Part shown: positions 47,893-60,395 of the stretch, piece after piece
How positions within the stretch are numbered: position 1 is the stretch's first letter
Layout of the letters: the number at the start of each line of letters is the position of its first letter
Assembly: GCA_964035545.1 (NCBI GenBank)
Contig: OZ037772.1
Location: 2,418,001-2,482,000, forward strand
From: Bugula neritina
Taxonomy: Eukaryota; Animalia; Bryozoa
Direction: 5' to 3'
Length of the DNA stretch: 64,000 nt
Translations under genes and position numbers: made by a program
Notes under the pieces: model-generated
Told to the model about the DNA's origin: nothing
The model's input: the letters and a program-made list of their open reading frames with translations, nothing else
Databases searched by the model: none

Positions 47893-48022
47893 TAAATTAA
47901 TAAGTAAATAAATAAATAAATAGTGTTACTAGACAAAGACAGACAAGATTTAGTCAAATAAATAAATTAATAAGTAAATAAATAAATAAATAGTGTTACT
48001 AGACTAAGACAGACTGAGTTAG
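47893..48022. repeat. 70-bp tandem duplication with (TAAA)n
   Basis: taaattaataagtaaataaataaataaatagtgttactagac at 47893 and 47963. Confidence 0.85.
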
Positions 48023-48499
48023 ACAATGAATTAGTAAACTGTCAAGTTGGTTAATATGATTACAATAATATAGCCTACCCAGTGAGCCCACTCCCTCAAC
48101 ACCTCCAACTACCCACAGTCAGAAACAACCGCAGGGATCAAAAATTCACAGACGGGAAAAAGATCCCTGTAACCCAGTACAATCTCTAGAACACAAAAAT
48201 CTCAAACCAGCAGGCTGTGAATTCTGTGATTATGCTTTTCTTTGGCTCCACTCTTTTAGCACTACCGACGGTAGCACAAGTCAAAGGAGGTGTAACGGTA
48301 TGGAACTTCTCTATTATTCAATATTTTATTCTAGTTACAGTTAGTCGTAGTCATACTGGTCAAGTTTTACAACTTGAAGATAGACCAAAAAAATTGAAAG
48401 CATATATGTCTATTAGTGTGCAACTTGAAATGTAACTTAGAAAAGAGAGAAACAGTTAATTTTAACGCATGGTCTTCAATTAGCAATGCAAAATAAAAT

Positions 48500-48900
48500 C
48501 AAATACTAATACAGTTATAGTTATACTCATACCGTAATAGTTATAGTAATAACCATCTTCATAACCATAATCATAATGATCATCATCATGTAGCCTACTA
48601 CTACTAGCACTACTGCTACTACTAGTGGTAGTATTACTATTAGTATTAGTATTACTCTAATACTATTACTATTAGTAGTTAGTACTGTGATTATTAGTAC
48701 TAGTAGTAGTACTAGTACTAGCTTAAATTATCTAGCAATAATCTGGCAAAGACTATCACTATGACTATGAGTATCAGATTCAGTATGAGATTGAGTATGG
48801 GATTGAGTATCAGTATGAGTATGACTATCATAGTCATACTCATACTGATACTCAACTATGTGCTATGTTATCTGACTAAGAGTAAGAGTAAGACGAAGTG
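48500..48900. repeat. Degenerate low-complexity simple-repeat block (TAG/AGT/ATC triplets, TATAGT/GAGTAT/AGTAAG hexamers)
   Basis: Direct inspection. Similar blocks occur at ~49570-50130, ~50710-51300 and ~57900-58790. Confidence 0.7.
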
Positions 48901-50189
48901 CAAGTGTTACAATAAATAAATAATACTTATTCAGATTGAGATTATTCTATATAGTCAAAATTGAATTTCCTACATTATTTATTTCATAATATTGATTGAA
49001 TTAAGAACATTTATAATTGTATCGCGATAGCCCTGATGGCTGATACAGACATAAAATGGAAGCAAATATTACTTCTCAGCAGTTTGAAAGAAATCAACTA
49101 AAATTCGCCTGAAATCAATACGGCGACGCTTATCGTACTTCCAGCTTTGCGATCAATTTAAAAGTTGTAGTTTGCGGGCTTACATGAGTACTCTTAGCGA
49201 GTTAATATCGATCATTAATTTCTATCTAGCCTTGCTTCTCAAAAATGGATTTTAAAGTCATAAAAACCATACAATTGGATATTGCTTAAGTACAATGAGA
49301 GGCGTGAGCGCACCGTCTAGATCATCGAACTCAATAATATCCAGGTATATTCCAGCTCAGTGGTCTAGATAATCTTGTCGCATTGTAAAATAAATTATGC
49401 TATATGCTTGCCGTACCCACTAGGATTAGTGATGACTGAGCATAAGTTGCTTTATACTTGTGACTTAAAAGTTGTAGTTTTTAACTCGATTTGACGAAAC
49501 TTATTATCCTTATTTTGCTTGAAAAGGATGCTACGCTTTAAAGATTTAATTCTCTTGCATAAGCAAGTTGTAAGTAATACTAATAGTAATAGTAATACTA
49601 ATACTAATACTCTAATTAAGTAAGTTGTAGTGTTAATATAATTTTTTATTCATTATGATTATTAATATGAATAAGAATCAATCAATTATAATTATTGAAT
49701 AAGTATAACATGATATTGATATTCATATTGATTATGATCAAGATTATCATTATGATTATGATTATCACTGATAAGGCATAAGCGATAAATGATAATAATA
49801 ATCATTATGATTATGGGTTTATCACTTTTCTTTTTTTTAAGTGATTATCTATATCGTTATGAATATGATTTATGAATTTCATTAATCATAATGAAAGGTG
49901 ATGAACCTAAATAAAATGATATAAATAAATTTAAAAATTATTATAAAATAAAAATATAAATATTTATAATGCATATTTCATTTTGATTTTGTAGTAATTA
50001 TATTTATTATTTTTTAATTTATGTCAACTCACCTTCAATTAGTTATACTCAAGTTATAGTTTTTTATATTCCTAGTGATAGTCTCAGCCCTCACGGCTTA
50101 CAGTTACTGATTGGGATAGACTTTCTACAGCTACTATGTCTACTGGTACTTGGGTACTCCTACTAATGTTGATAGTCATATTGATAGTC

Positions 50190-50710
50190 CTCTTACCTCT
50201 TACAGTTACACGCATTAGAGCATGTAGCAAGAGGCACACCTCTACAGTTGCCGATTACAGGCTAGCAAGTGTTTTCAGTATGTTGCACATATACAACTCT
50301 GGTGTATTGACTAATTATTTAGCATAGACTTAAGCTCCCGGGCTGTTTTTGGAAAGAAGCTGCTGTAGTAGGCTGCTGATTTTGCAAAAATGGTTGGGGG
50401 ATCGTCCCTGCTTGATGCCTTAGTAAACCTAGTAATTTAGGTTTTACTGTTCATCAGTTCATAGGAGTTCGTTAGAGATGCCTGATTTCCCTCATTAGAT
50501 AGAAGTCGCAACAGTAACTTGTGCCTCAGCTTGAAGCGTCTGTCAGGGAGAGATTCTAGGTTTAGTTTGTCACGTGCCACAGTGATACTGTCTCTGCCTT
50601 TCAATTTAGCAATGAATCTGATTGCATTATTTTGCACCTGTTCTATATCTTTGATGAGGTATTGCAAACGGGGATCTCAAATTGCTGCTGCACCTTCTAG
50701 TTGTGGCCTA
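50190..50710 (-). mobile_element. 5'-truncated LINE (CR1/L2-group) 3' end, decayed ORF2 C-terminus
   Basis: Translation RPQLEGAAAI*DPRLQYLIKDIEQVQNNAIRF...LNLESLPDRR...YYSSFFPKTAREL matches the RPxLEYxxxxWDP...IExVQxxAxRF...SFFPRTxxxWN post-RT motifs. Short (GTAAGAG)2-like tail near 50190. Confidence 0.85.
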
Positions 50711-52972
50711 CTCATACTCATACTCATGTCGATAATTCATTTAGTTTACCTTACTCTTTTAGTTTCAATAAATACAATTATATTAATTATATTTATAATA
50801 ATATTAACTATAATATTTAATTCTATACCATGATTTGATAATTATTATTGTAATCTAAAAATCAAATATGCCTATTAATATTAATTTCATAGTTATGATA
50901 ATAAAAGTGTGAAATTAAATCATTTTTAATGTTCATTCAATGATTTAAGTTTTTATCATTAAAAACAAATGGTTAATTATCGTAATTGATAAGTTAAAGT
51001 TGAGATAATCATAATGGTAGACATAATGATAATCGTGAATAGTATAATTATCACCTAAAGTAAAAGGTAAACCGTTATCATGTTCATAATGACTACATAA
51101 AGTTGAATGTTGCTATGATGGTAAGTTATACTTGTATAATTAAATAAAAGTAATATTATTTAATTTTACATTTCAAGCTGCAATTACAAAGTTTGACCTT
51201 TGATGGTGAAAAGCAATCATCACCATCATCATGCTGATTACTTGCAATCTATTCATATTACTAATTAATCATTAAGCATAACCGTCAGTCATCAGACTGA
51301 GTCATATATGGTTGACCTTGTGATTAACATTGGCATTTCGATTTTAGCAGAATCTTTCAAATGACAATGATTATTATCATGTGATAGTCACAAAGTTGAA
51401 ATGTAGTATCGGTTGTCTGAAAATTTCGTGATTTTTCATTAGAATCAGAGATGAGATGTCTGTTCGTGAAAAGTCACAGTCTTTCATTATTGAACTGTGT
51501 GGTTTATAGGCGTGTTATCACTGAACCCCCCTTTGCATAACTAACGCAATACTGAGCCATTAGTTTATATTATTAGTATTAATATATTTGTCTATAACTA
51601 TACTGAGTCAGTAGTTTGTATGTTTAGTATTGAGATATCTATTAGTTCCATGCCGGCTGATTGTGTTTTAAGGGAAGTCTCACAATAAACGAACATGTCG
51701 GAAGTGAACCCTGGTGATGCGCCAACTGGCGAGGTCAAGGTGAAATCTGAGAAAGAGTTGAAGAAAGAAGCTGCTAAAGCTGCTAAACTAGCCAAGTTTC
51801 AAGCTAAGCAGGATAAACAGAAGGCAGAGTCTGCCACGACTACTGAGGTGTCTGTTTAGTTAGTTACAGGTTCTATATATACTAAGGTAGGTGCAGTAAT
51901 GGAGAAATTGAGAAAGCCTGTGTTCTAGATTAGAAATGTAGCATAAGAAGTTAAGTTTTTGTAAGAATTTCAACTCAAACCCCAAACCAAAATTTGATAA
52001 TAAGATTAAAGTACCTAGGCTATCTCGATTTCTACACTACTGCTCCTGAATGTATATATTTGTGTTACTTTCTATTCATATTTATGGTTGTACTTCTACA
52101 TGAAAGTGTTACTTGAATTACATATTCGTATTGCGACTGTATGGCTGTACTTTTACCTGGAAGTTGTCTGTTTCTGTAGCTAACAATTTCCATTTTATTT
52201 TCTTCAAATTTGATTTTTTTTTTCTGGAAAAAGTGAAAGAGAAAAAGAAGGCTGTAGTAATGTATGTCGATGACACACCAGTTGGCCATAAGGAAGGTTC
52301 AGTTCAATTATTCTCTACATTTTATACTCAATTGAGCTCTTCATTCCTTCACTTACTGTTTCAGTTGAAGCACTGATTTATCAGTGTACACTGCTTGGTA
52401 GTGAACACACAGTTATGTGTGTAGGCAGTCTTACTTAAAATTGTTGAAATCATATTAATAAGGAAGCTCACTCTGTAATACTCAAATATAACTCGCTTAA
52501 TCACTATTTGATGCCCTTTGAAAACGTAATAAATTAAGTTGACAGCATAAAAGTGATAATTGAAAAAGACAGCCGATGTAATTATAAACATGAATACCCC
52601 ATATCTAAAGGAGTTATCATTCCCTTTGATTGTTACTCTAAAATTATTTGATTAAGCATGTACAAAGCAAAAATTTTGATGATTGGCTTTTAGAATGAAA
52701 TGCGACTCGGCAAAATTGAATTTCTGACTGAAAATCGTGAAGGTATAAACACTGCTTCAGACTGAAGTAATAAGACATGGTATTCTAATATCCTACATCT
52801 AGGGCTGCCCTACTCATACATTGGATAGCCTCAGATTCAAATACTCCTAACAATCTGTTGTGTGTAAGTTATATAAGTTGTAGTAGTAGTAGTGTCAGGC
52901 CACCGTCTTATTTATTCGTCCTTGTTGGTGGTTAGACTATGGGCCATGAATAGATTATTGTATTTATACATA

Positions 52973-54640
52973 CAGTGCTGTGAAAAAGTTTAAGGACGCC
53001 TTACTGTTTTTCATAATAGTAATGTTCCAAGTTAATTTTAAGACATAACAAAAACATTTCCATAGGCATGATGCCTATCAAAATGATCCCTAAGATCTCC
53101 TCATCTCATTTATATAAATTATTACTGTCTCTTTTTATATTTTTTTCAAATTCTGGGTGAAACATTGAAATACTATCCGTATATGGGAATTATTCGATGT
53201 TCTTACAATTTGTGTGCACTGTATGACATCAGAATAATTATTTTACTTAAAATATAGAAAAATATTTTTTGGGGTTTGTTATACACCTTATAGCAGCATT
53301 GCAACACACAGTGCACTCAATTTTAGTGTCAACATTTTGTTGGCCAGCCTTTATTCCTAATCAGAAGTCGACAGTGACGAGGCATCGACTCGTACAGCTT
53401 CTCCAACTCATTTTCAGTCACGACATGATGCCATGCATGAATTACAGACTCTGTGAGTGTCACCTTAGTTGCTGGCTTCTTTGAGAAGACTTTTTTAGCC
53501 ATTCTTAATCATAATATTTCATAGGGTTCAAGTTAGGGCTTCGTGCTTGCCAGTTGAGCGTTGAGACCGTCTACTTTTTTATTCACTCTTTAACACTCTT
53601 CGACCAATGACATGGTGCATTGTCATCTTGAAATATGTAAATTACATCTGGAAAAAAGGTTTTTATAATTGGAAGAAGTTTAGCATTGAGATTATTTATA
53701 TATTTTTGGGTACTAACTACTAACATCATTCCAGAGCAAATACTGAGTCCACCTACACCTTTTGATGTTATACAACCCCAAAACATAACACTGATTATAG
53801 AGTGCCTAATTGTTCTAAGTATACATTGGCGGCTATATTTCTCATACTGGTATCTTCTAACACAATCTTTTCAGGATGACTATTCACATTAAATATGGAT
53901 TCATCTGAAATAATTACTTTTTTTCTAATCATTCACTGTCTAACTACCATACTCCCTGGCCCACCGTAAACGGTTTTTTTGCTGCTTCTCGGTTGGTAGA
54001 GGCTTCCTCTTGCTTTGCGGCCATGTAAACCAAGGCTCAGCAATCTTACCTCATCAGAAATGTCTAAGCTGGTGTTCTTGTTGATTCTGACCCTTCCTTG
54101 CCAACTCATGACTTGTTTTATGGCAATCCTTTTTGCTGATCCCAATGAGAACCTTGTAATCTCTCGGTGTGCTTATTTTTAGTCGTCCACTTTTAGGTCC
54201 ATCTGCTACACTGCCAGTCTCCATAAACTTCTTGATAATTTGATGTACAGTTGTCTTTGCTTTGCCAACCTTTTCAGATATTTTCCTAAGGGAATATCCC
54301 TTCTTATGCAAAAAAATTATTACAAACCTTGCTTCTGAAGTAAGATTTGCAGCTCTCATTTTGTCTATGCGCAGCAGCCAAGTGGACACCATGTAAAAGC
54401 TCACAACTAAATGACAGATTTCAAATTATAAAGGGAAGTCATACTTTATGATAACATGATGCCATGCACAAAGTCAAATTTCACTATTTAGCTTTTTGTG
54501 GTAAAAAAAGCGATAAACTTTGGTTACATAAAAATACAGGAGTTGCGCTTCCCTAACTGCTTGTGTAGTTGGCCCGAAAATAGGTGGAAAACATAACAAC
54601 AGTAAAAATTAATAGGTGGAAACTGTAGAACACATTCTAA
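52973..54640 (-). mobile_element. Decayed Tc1/mariner-superfamily (Tc1-like DD34E) transposon, only one TIR visible
   Basis: TA + CAGTGCTGTGAAAAAGTTTAAGGAC terminus at 52971. Fragmented transposase from ATG 54359: HTH region (LHKKGYSLRKISEKVG...KKFMETGSVADGPKSGR), ISDES, MFWGCITSKGVG, YIFQDDNAPCH, WQARSPNLNP. Multiple frameshifts and stops. Confidence 0.9.
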
Positions 54641-54659
54641 GGGTCATTTTAATATATTA

Positions 54660-54870
54660 TATTGAGTATATATTGAGTATGTATTGAGTATATATTGAGT
54701 ATATATTGAGTATGTATTGAGTATGTATTGAGTATATATTGAGTATATATTGAGTATATATTGAGTATGTATTGAGTATATATTGAGTATATATTGAGTA
54801 TGTATTGAATATTTATTGAGTATATATTGAGTATATATTGGGTATATATTGAGTATGTATTGAGTATGTA
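54660..54870. repeat. 11-bp minisatellite (~19 copies), TATTGAGTAT(A/G)
   Basis: Direct inspection. It generates the spurious YILNIYSIYTQ ORFs. Confidence 0.95.
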
Positions 54871-55269
54871 CACACCTCCAACTCTCTCTTCTCATTTATA
54901 GTAAAGCAGCGAGCTACATTTCTCTAACTACTTATTGATAATTTACTTTCTTTTCTTCACGGACTAGACATTTCCTTTGAGTAAATTAACCCCAGTTTCA
55001 GTTTGTCAGAGAAGACAACTCTGAACATTGTTCCATTTCTTGCCTGTTATACAGATGAGGATGTGCTAGACTATGGGGAGGCCAGATAACACCCCCGACC
55101 TGCAAGCCTACTACCCGGGTACTCTGCTAGAGACTGGACTGGATATCCTCTTCTTCTGGGTGGCCCGCATGGTCATGATGGGACAATTCCTACTCGGGGA
55201 GCTTCCCTTCAAAGAGGTACGTCTGGTGGTAGAAAGTGTCTTCTGCTTCTTCTGATGTCTGTGGTTACC

Positions 55270-55385
55270 ATTCTATATCTATACCCTTTAGATGACTCTA
55301 TTCAATATACTTATTCTATATCTATACCCTTTAGATGACTCTATTCAATATACTTATTCTATATCTATATCCTTTAGATGACTCT
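55270..55385. repeat. 43-bp tandem repeat (~2.7 copies)
   Basis: ttctatatctataccctttagatgactctattcaatatactta repeated, ~55 bp downstream of the ValRS donor. Confidence 0.9.
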
Positions 55386-55618
55386 GTTTAATTAGCTGAT
55401 AACTTTATAGTTTTTTCAATTTAGAGTAACGCTGCTATTATTGGGAAACAATCTCTTGTATAACCAATAAATGTGAAATGTGCTGTTTTGACAGTCATGG
55501 GACTGAAGATCAAATGCATTTTGTGTCTAAATTGATAAACTTGTAACTAAATGGCAAGAGGTTTTAATGGCTGTATGTGTATGCAAGATTATACATTATA
55601 GAAAGAGTATATAATTAT

Positions 55619-56067
55619 CATGTAATATATCTTATATTATGTAATATATCTTATATTATGTAATATATCTTATATTATGTAATATATCTTATATCATGTA
55701 ATATATCTTATACTATGTAATATATCTTATACTATGTAATATATCTTATATCATGTAATATATCTTATATTATGTAATATATCTTATATTATGTAATATA
55801 TCTTATATTATGTAATATATCTTATATTATGTAATATATCTTATATCATGTAATATATCTTATATTATGTGATATATCTTATATTATGTAATATATCTTA
55901 TATTATGTAATATATCTTATATTATGTGATATATCTTATATTATTTAATATATCTTATATCATGTAATATATCTTATATTATGTAATACATCTTATATTA
56001 TGTGATATATCTTATATCATGTAATATATCTTATATTATGTAATGTATCTTATATTATGTAATATAT
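55619..56067. repeat. 19-bp minisatellite TGTAATATATCTTATAT(T/C)A, left part (~23 copies)
   Basis: Direct inspection. It resumes at 59346. Confidence 0.95.
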
Positions 56068-59000
56068 GTGACCTGGCACCACAAAACAAGGGATGTATAT
56101 AAAATGTTGGATACTTAGTTATTACTATGGAGTGATAGAGCAGACCTTTTTGAACATTTTGCACTTTATTTGAAGTCTCTAGCATAAGTAGAAACCGAGA
56201 TATCAGTATTTAAAAACCTTAACGTTTTTAGAATTTCTAAATTACTGTTTCGAGAAAATCGCGTTTAAAGTTGGCAACTCTAGAATAAGTTGAGAATTAT
56301 TTGTTTACAATTTACAAGCCTTAGCAACGGGTCTTTGTATAACAGGAATAGTGACAAATTTGGTATCAAAATAATTGTGAAAGTTTGGGCTTTCTGTTAA
56401 ACTAAATTTCATGCTGCCTCAACATAAAATTAGGTCAAATATGGCCGCCAAACTTTTTGTCTAATTTATTTGTCAATTTGCTTTTTACTTTGTTTAATGG
56501 TTGAAAGGTTTAACAATTCCAGCAAAGAAGATGTTTCAGCAAGTTTGTGTGTTGAGATATTTAAATTAGGCATCCAAGTCAGCAAAAAATCATATAAAAC
56601 AAAATGGCAGCTGCTTCCTCTTATACATTGAATACCTCCATTTCCTCTAATATATTGTGTAATATATCAAACTGGAGCTATTGAGCTGTGCTGTTTCATA
56701 ATTATTGCTTTATGAGTAGAACACTTATGAGAAAATTATTTGACTATTATGAGATCATGCGAGGTTCATTCATAAATATCTTTATAATCTCTAACAGCAA
56801 CTAAATTTAGCAATTGATTTGGCTGAGATGTTGAAAATATTATAAACATAAAATCAGCTATTTGAACTTTTGAGTTTTATTAGGCATTAATATTCACATT
56901 TAAAACATCAAATACATTATTTTAAAAAACCAATTGAATGCAGTAAAAAATCCAGCCTGGATACAACCATTATGCTTGAATTAACTCTTATCAAGAAAAG
57001 AAAATTAGATAGCTTCTACGGTTTTGCAGAGAAGGCACTTATCATCTTTCTACTTTCTTGGTCTTCATAATATGAGTTTACGGAGTATGGACACATAACA
57101 TCATGTATGTGGCAAAAGCTTCATCACTATCATCAGTTGATTTTCTAGCAATTATAGATGCTGCTACTTGACCTCCATCCTGCAAATCTACCCACTTATT
57201 GTCTATTCCAGAGCTGAAAGTACAATGTTGACTTTTTTTAAATAACAAAAGGAAACGGTAGCTTGATTAGAAATTATACCCAGTTATATTATAAAAATTT
57301 AGTTGGCTGAACACTCTTGTAGTACGATTATGGCAGTAGTTAATTGTGATCCTGCATTTCATCAACGTTTAAATTTATTGAATTAAACAGAACAATTTAA
57401 ATTAAAAAAATGCTTGATAATTTTCAAGCACATCATTAAAAGACTGCAAACCTTTTTATGAATGAAATAAGCAGAAGCCATAACCTTGCAAGCCAAAATT
57501 CGGAGTGTCTACATTAGAAGTATTAGATTGATAAGTAGTAGAGTTGTGTAGGTATAAGTCTTCACTCTAATGCCCTCACAAGTGCACTTTCTAAAATGTA
57601 CAGAATATCGGATTATTCTATATTAACATAGTATTATCAGTAAAATTACACATTATACACTTGAATATCTAGCATATCTGCAATTGGCAATTTTGAAGCA
57701 ATGTCTTTAGATAACTATTAACCACTCAGGCATTTAATTGAGTAAAAAAGCTAGCTAAGTGCAACTGAATCTATTAGAGACATTTACTATAAAATCAATT
57801 TGAATTCAATGAATTACTTTAAAATATGAATACATTTTTGCTCATCTTATAATAAAATTAAAAAGTTTAGACTATTTATGCATTCAGTTAGTGTTACTAC
57901 TCACTAAATAAGACTAAAAGTAACTTACTGAAAAACTAAGTCAGTCAACTATAGAATCATCATGAACTCGCATTAATATTTCATCATTATAATCATTTAC
58001 ATTTAGTCACATTTATCATTTCAATTTGGTTATAGGTGATGCTTTTATGAATATAAATATGATTATCAATTGAGTTTTGATAGTAACACTAACTGTAAGC
58101 CTGCATAATGTGATAAAGATTTTATCATTATATTTTAAATCAAACTTTGAGCTAATTTAAAAATCACAAAAGGAACCGGTAGTCTGACTAGTACTAGTAG
58201 GCCTAATGTTAATACTAATAGTAATAGTAATCAGTAACTGTATTGACAAAATCTAAGACAGAGGCTAAAAGTTAGTAAGAGTAAGAGTAAGTCTAATGTA
58301 AATTGAAATATCAACTATAGAATAAATCAATAAATATAATACTATCACTATCAGTATGAGTATCAAGTTTTAATAGCAAAGGCAAAACTCAGAGTCAGAC
58401 CCAAATAATAATACAGTAATACTAATAAGTAATAAGTAATAGTAATACTAATAGTAATAGTGAATTTATAATTATTAATTACTTATACTTATACTCAGTT
58501 ATACTTATAGTTATAGTTATAGTTATACTATTACTATAACTATTAGTATTATTATTAATGAGTTACATTTGGTTTTACTACCAAATACCAGTATCAGTAA
58601 ATCATGAATAATAGTCATTATGATTATCATTATGAGTAACCGTACCTCAAACTGTGAGTCATAGTGAAAGTCATTTAAATAGTTACTAGTAGTAGTATAG
58701 AATAGAATAGACTAAGACAGACTCCTACTCCTAGTTATAGTATAAATATTATTAAATTGATAACTACAAATAATCCTGGCAACAATTCTAAGTTAGTAGC
58801 GTAAATGATTGTTTTGAGTATAATTACCTGTATTGTTGTGGTTTTCAAGCTTGAACGCTAAAGATAAAGATTAAGTTCAGCATTTATCACCAAAGGGCAA
58901 AACAGCTCAGTAACTTAAAAGCTAACTTTGGATGGAACACGATGAAAAACTAAAACTAGCCTTCGATTTTAAATATGATGCTTTTGACAGTACGAAGAAA

Positions 59001-59345
59001 GAGGTGTAAGCTAAATTCAGTTGATAAAAAATAAATTTGCAAGATCTCATGCTATGAAAGTGACTAAAATTGTCTTCTTTCTTTAATCGATAACTTCGCA
59101 ATTTTTTCATCATTTAAAAAATTGAAAGCCTTAGTTACCAACTTTAAATGCAATTTTAGAGCTGAAGGAATCATCAAATGCTTACGAAAGTATGATTTTT
59201 GAAATCCTTAGATTTTTTTGCACTAGAAAAGTCTAAAATCCAAAAATTGGAAATTAATTTCAAATTTAAGTATTTCCAAATTAAACCTTCATTTACTACA
59301 CTTAATAAACACCGCCACATCCCCGGTTTTGTCGCGACTGGTCAC
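56068..59345. mobile_element. 3.28-kb non-autonomous DNA transposon with imperfect ~30-bp TIRs, inserted in the 19-bp minisatellite
   Basis: Left end GTGACCTGGCACCACAAAACAAGGGATGT versus reverse complement of right end GTGACCAGTCGCGACAAAACCGGGGATGT. Flanked by ATAT/ATAT (or TA/TA if the ends are TGTGACC). The same minisatellite lies on both sides. No long ORF. Confidence 0.85.
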
Positions 59346-59476
59346 ATATGTTATATTATGTAATATATCCTAGATTATGTAATATATCTTATATCATGTA
59401 ATATATATTATATTATGTAATATATCTTATATCATGTAATATATCTTATATTATGTGATCTATCCTATATTATGTA
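59346..59476. repeat. 19-bp minisatellite, right part (~7 more diverged copies)
   Basis: Continuation of the 55619-56067 array. Confidence 0.9.
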
Positions 59477-59859
59477 GTTATTACTGAGACTAGTGTAATT
59501 TGATGGTGGCTGGTAGAGCAGTGTTTGCTGGTGGGACTCAGGTGGCCGTGGTTGGTTCTTGTTAAGTATTTAATATGTGATAATGTTGGAGTAGCTGCAG
59601 TAACAGTATTATTGGAAGTAGACATGCGGGTGTGTTCTATATAAGAGCCACAGGCTAAGTTTGTGGGTCAAGGTCAATACAGTTGTATAATGAGACACTA
59701 TTTTCTGTTAGAATATTTACTTCATGTATGTAATACTTATATTATATATCTTCTCTCCTGTATAATCATATTTGCTGAGGGGGTAAATTTCTATGTTGAG
59801 TCTCTCCATGTTGTCATTTATTATGAAGTAAACAGTAGAGCAGCTCAGTGAATTATTCA

Positions 59860-60395
59860 ATACTGACTGGTAGAACTTTATTATCTTCAACACAATCTGC
59901 TTAGTTGCATCTTTAAAGGAAGAAATTCTTCCTATTGATCTCTTGTATATCTACCGTCTATGTCTTCTTGGTCATTCAGCTTATTATACTCCATCTCACA
60001 CCAAACAACCACCAACTTACCTCACCAGACATTCTGAACTTTCCTTACCCTTACCTCCGAAGCAGGTCGTCAAGTGTCCTACCAGATGTCTAGCAATTGG
60101 AATAAACTACCTCTGACTTTAAGACATCATCAAAGCTTTGCCACATTTAAAATATTGTTGAAAAAGCACCTACTAAAATCTTTAACTTAATCTGAATAAA
60201 TAGTTCCCACTATTTTTTCAACTGCCACTTGGGCCCCGCTCCTTGAATAGCTATGCTACTGAGCACATGGGCCCCCATCTTGATATTATATATAAATTGA
60301 ATCTAGCTCTTTTTGTGTTACTGTTGTATATTTATATTTTTTTGTCCTTTTGTTTTTTTTTTGATAGAAATAAAGAAAACAAACAAACAAACAAG
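59860..60395 (+). mobile_element. 5'-truncated LINE (L2/Crack/CR1-group) 3' end
   Basis: Translation SYQMSSNWNKLPLTLRHHQSFATFKILLKKHLLKSLT* (stop 60188-60190) matches the WNxLPxxLR...FKxxLKxHL motif. The 3' UTR ends in AATAAA plus a (CAAA)n tail. Confidence 0.85.

Larger units (their letters stand above)
51695..55216 (+). pseudogene. VARS1: Cytosolic valyl-tRNA synthetase pseudogene fragments (three exons, large internal deletion)
   Basis: Exon 51695-51847: MSEVNPGD...KSEKELKKEAAKAAKLAKFQAKQ (ValRS N-terminal basic helix). Exon 52227-52296: EKVKEKKKAVVMYVDDTPVGHKE (acceptor reads CTG, not CAG). Exon 55055-55216: [42 protein letters not shown]...LPFKE (ValRS hallmark), with the TWFSS...S segment deleted and a frameshift. 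No KMSKS exon seen downstream. Confidence 0.88.

Noticed and set aside
48076-48186. Possible further collagen 5' exon
   Set aside because: Splice-like ends are present, but the frames examined contain stops and show no recognisable motif.
48960-49560. CpG-richer segment resembling a DNA-transposon remnant
   Set aside because: No matching TIR pair or TSD found.
54644-54895. YILNIYSIYTQ ORFs
   Set aside because: They are translations of the 11-bp minisatellite.
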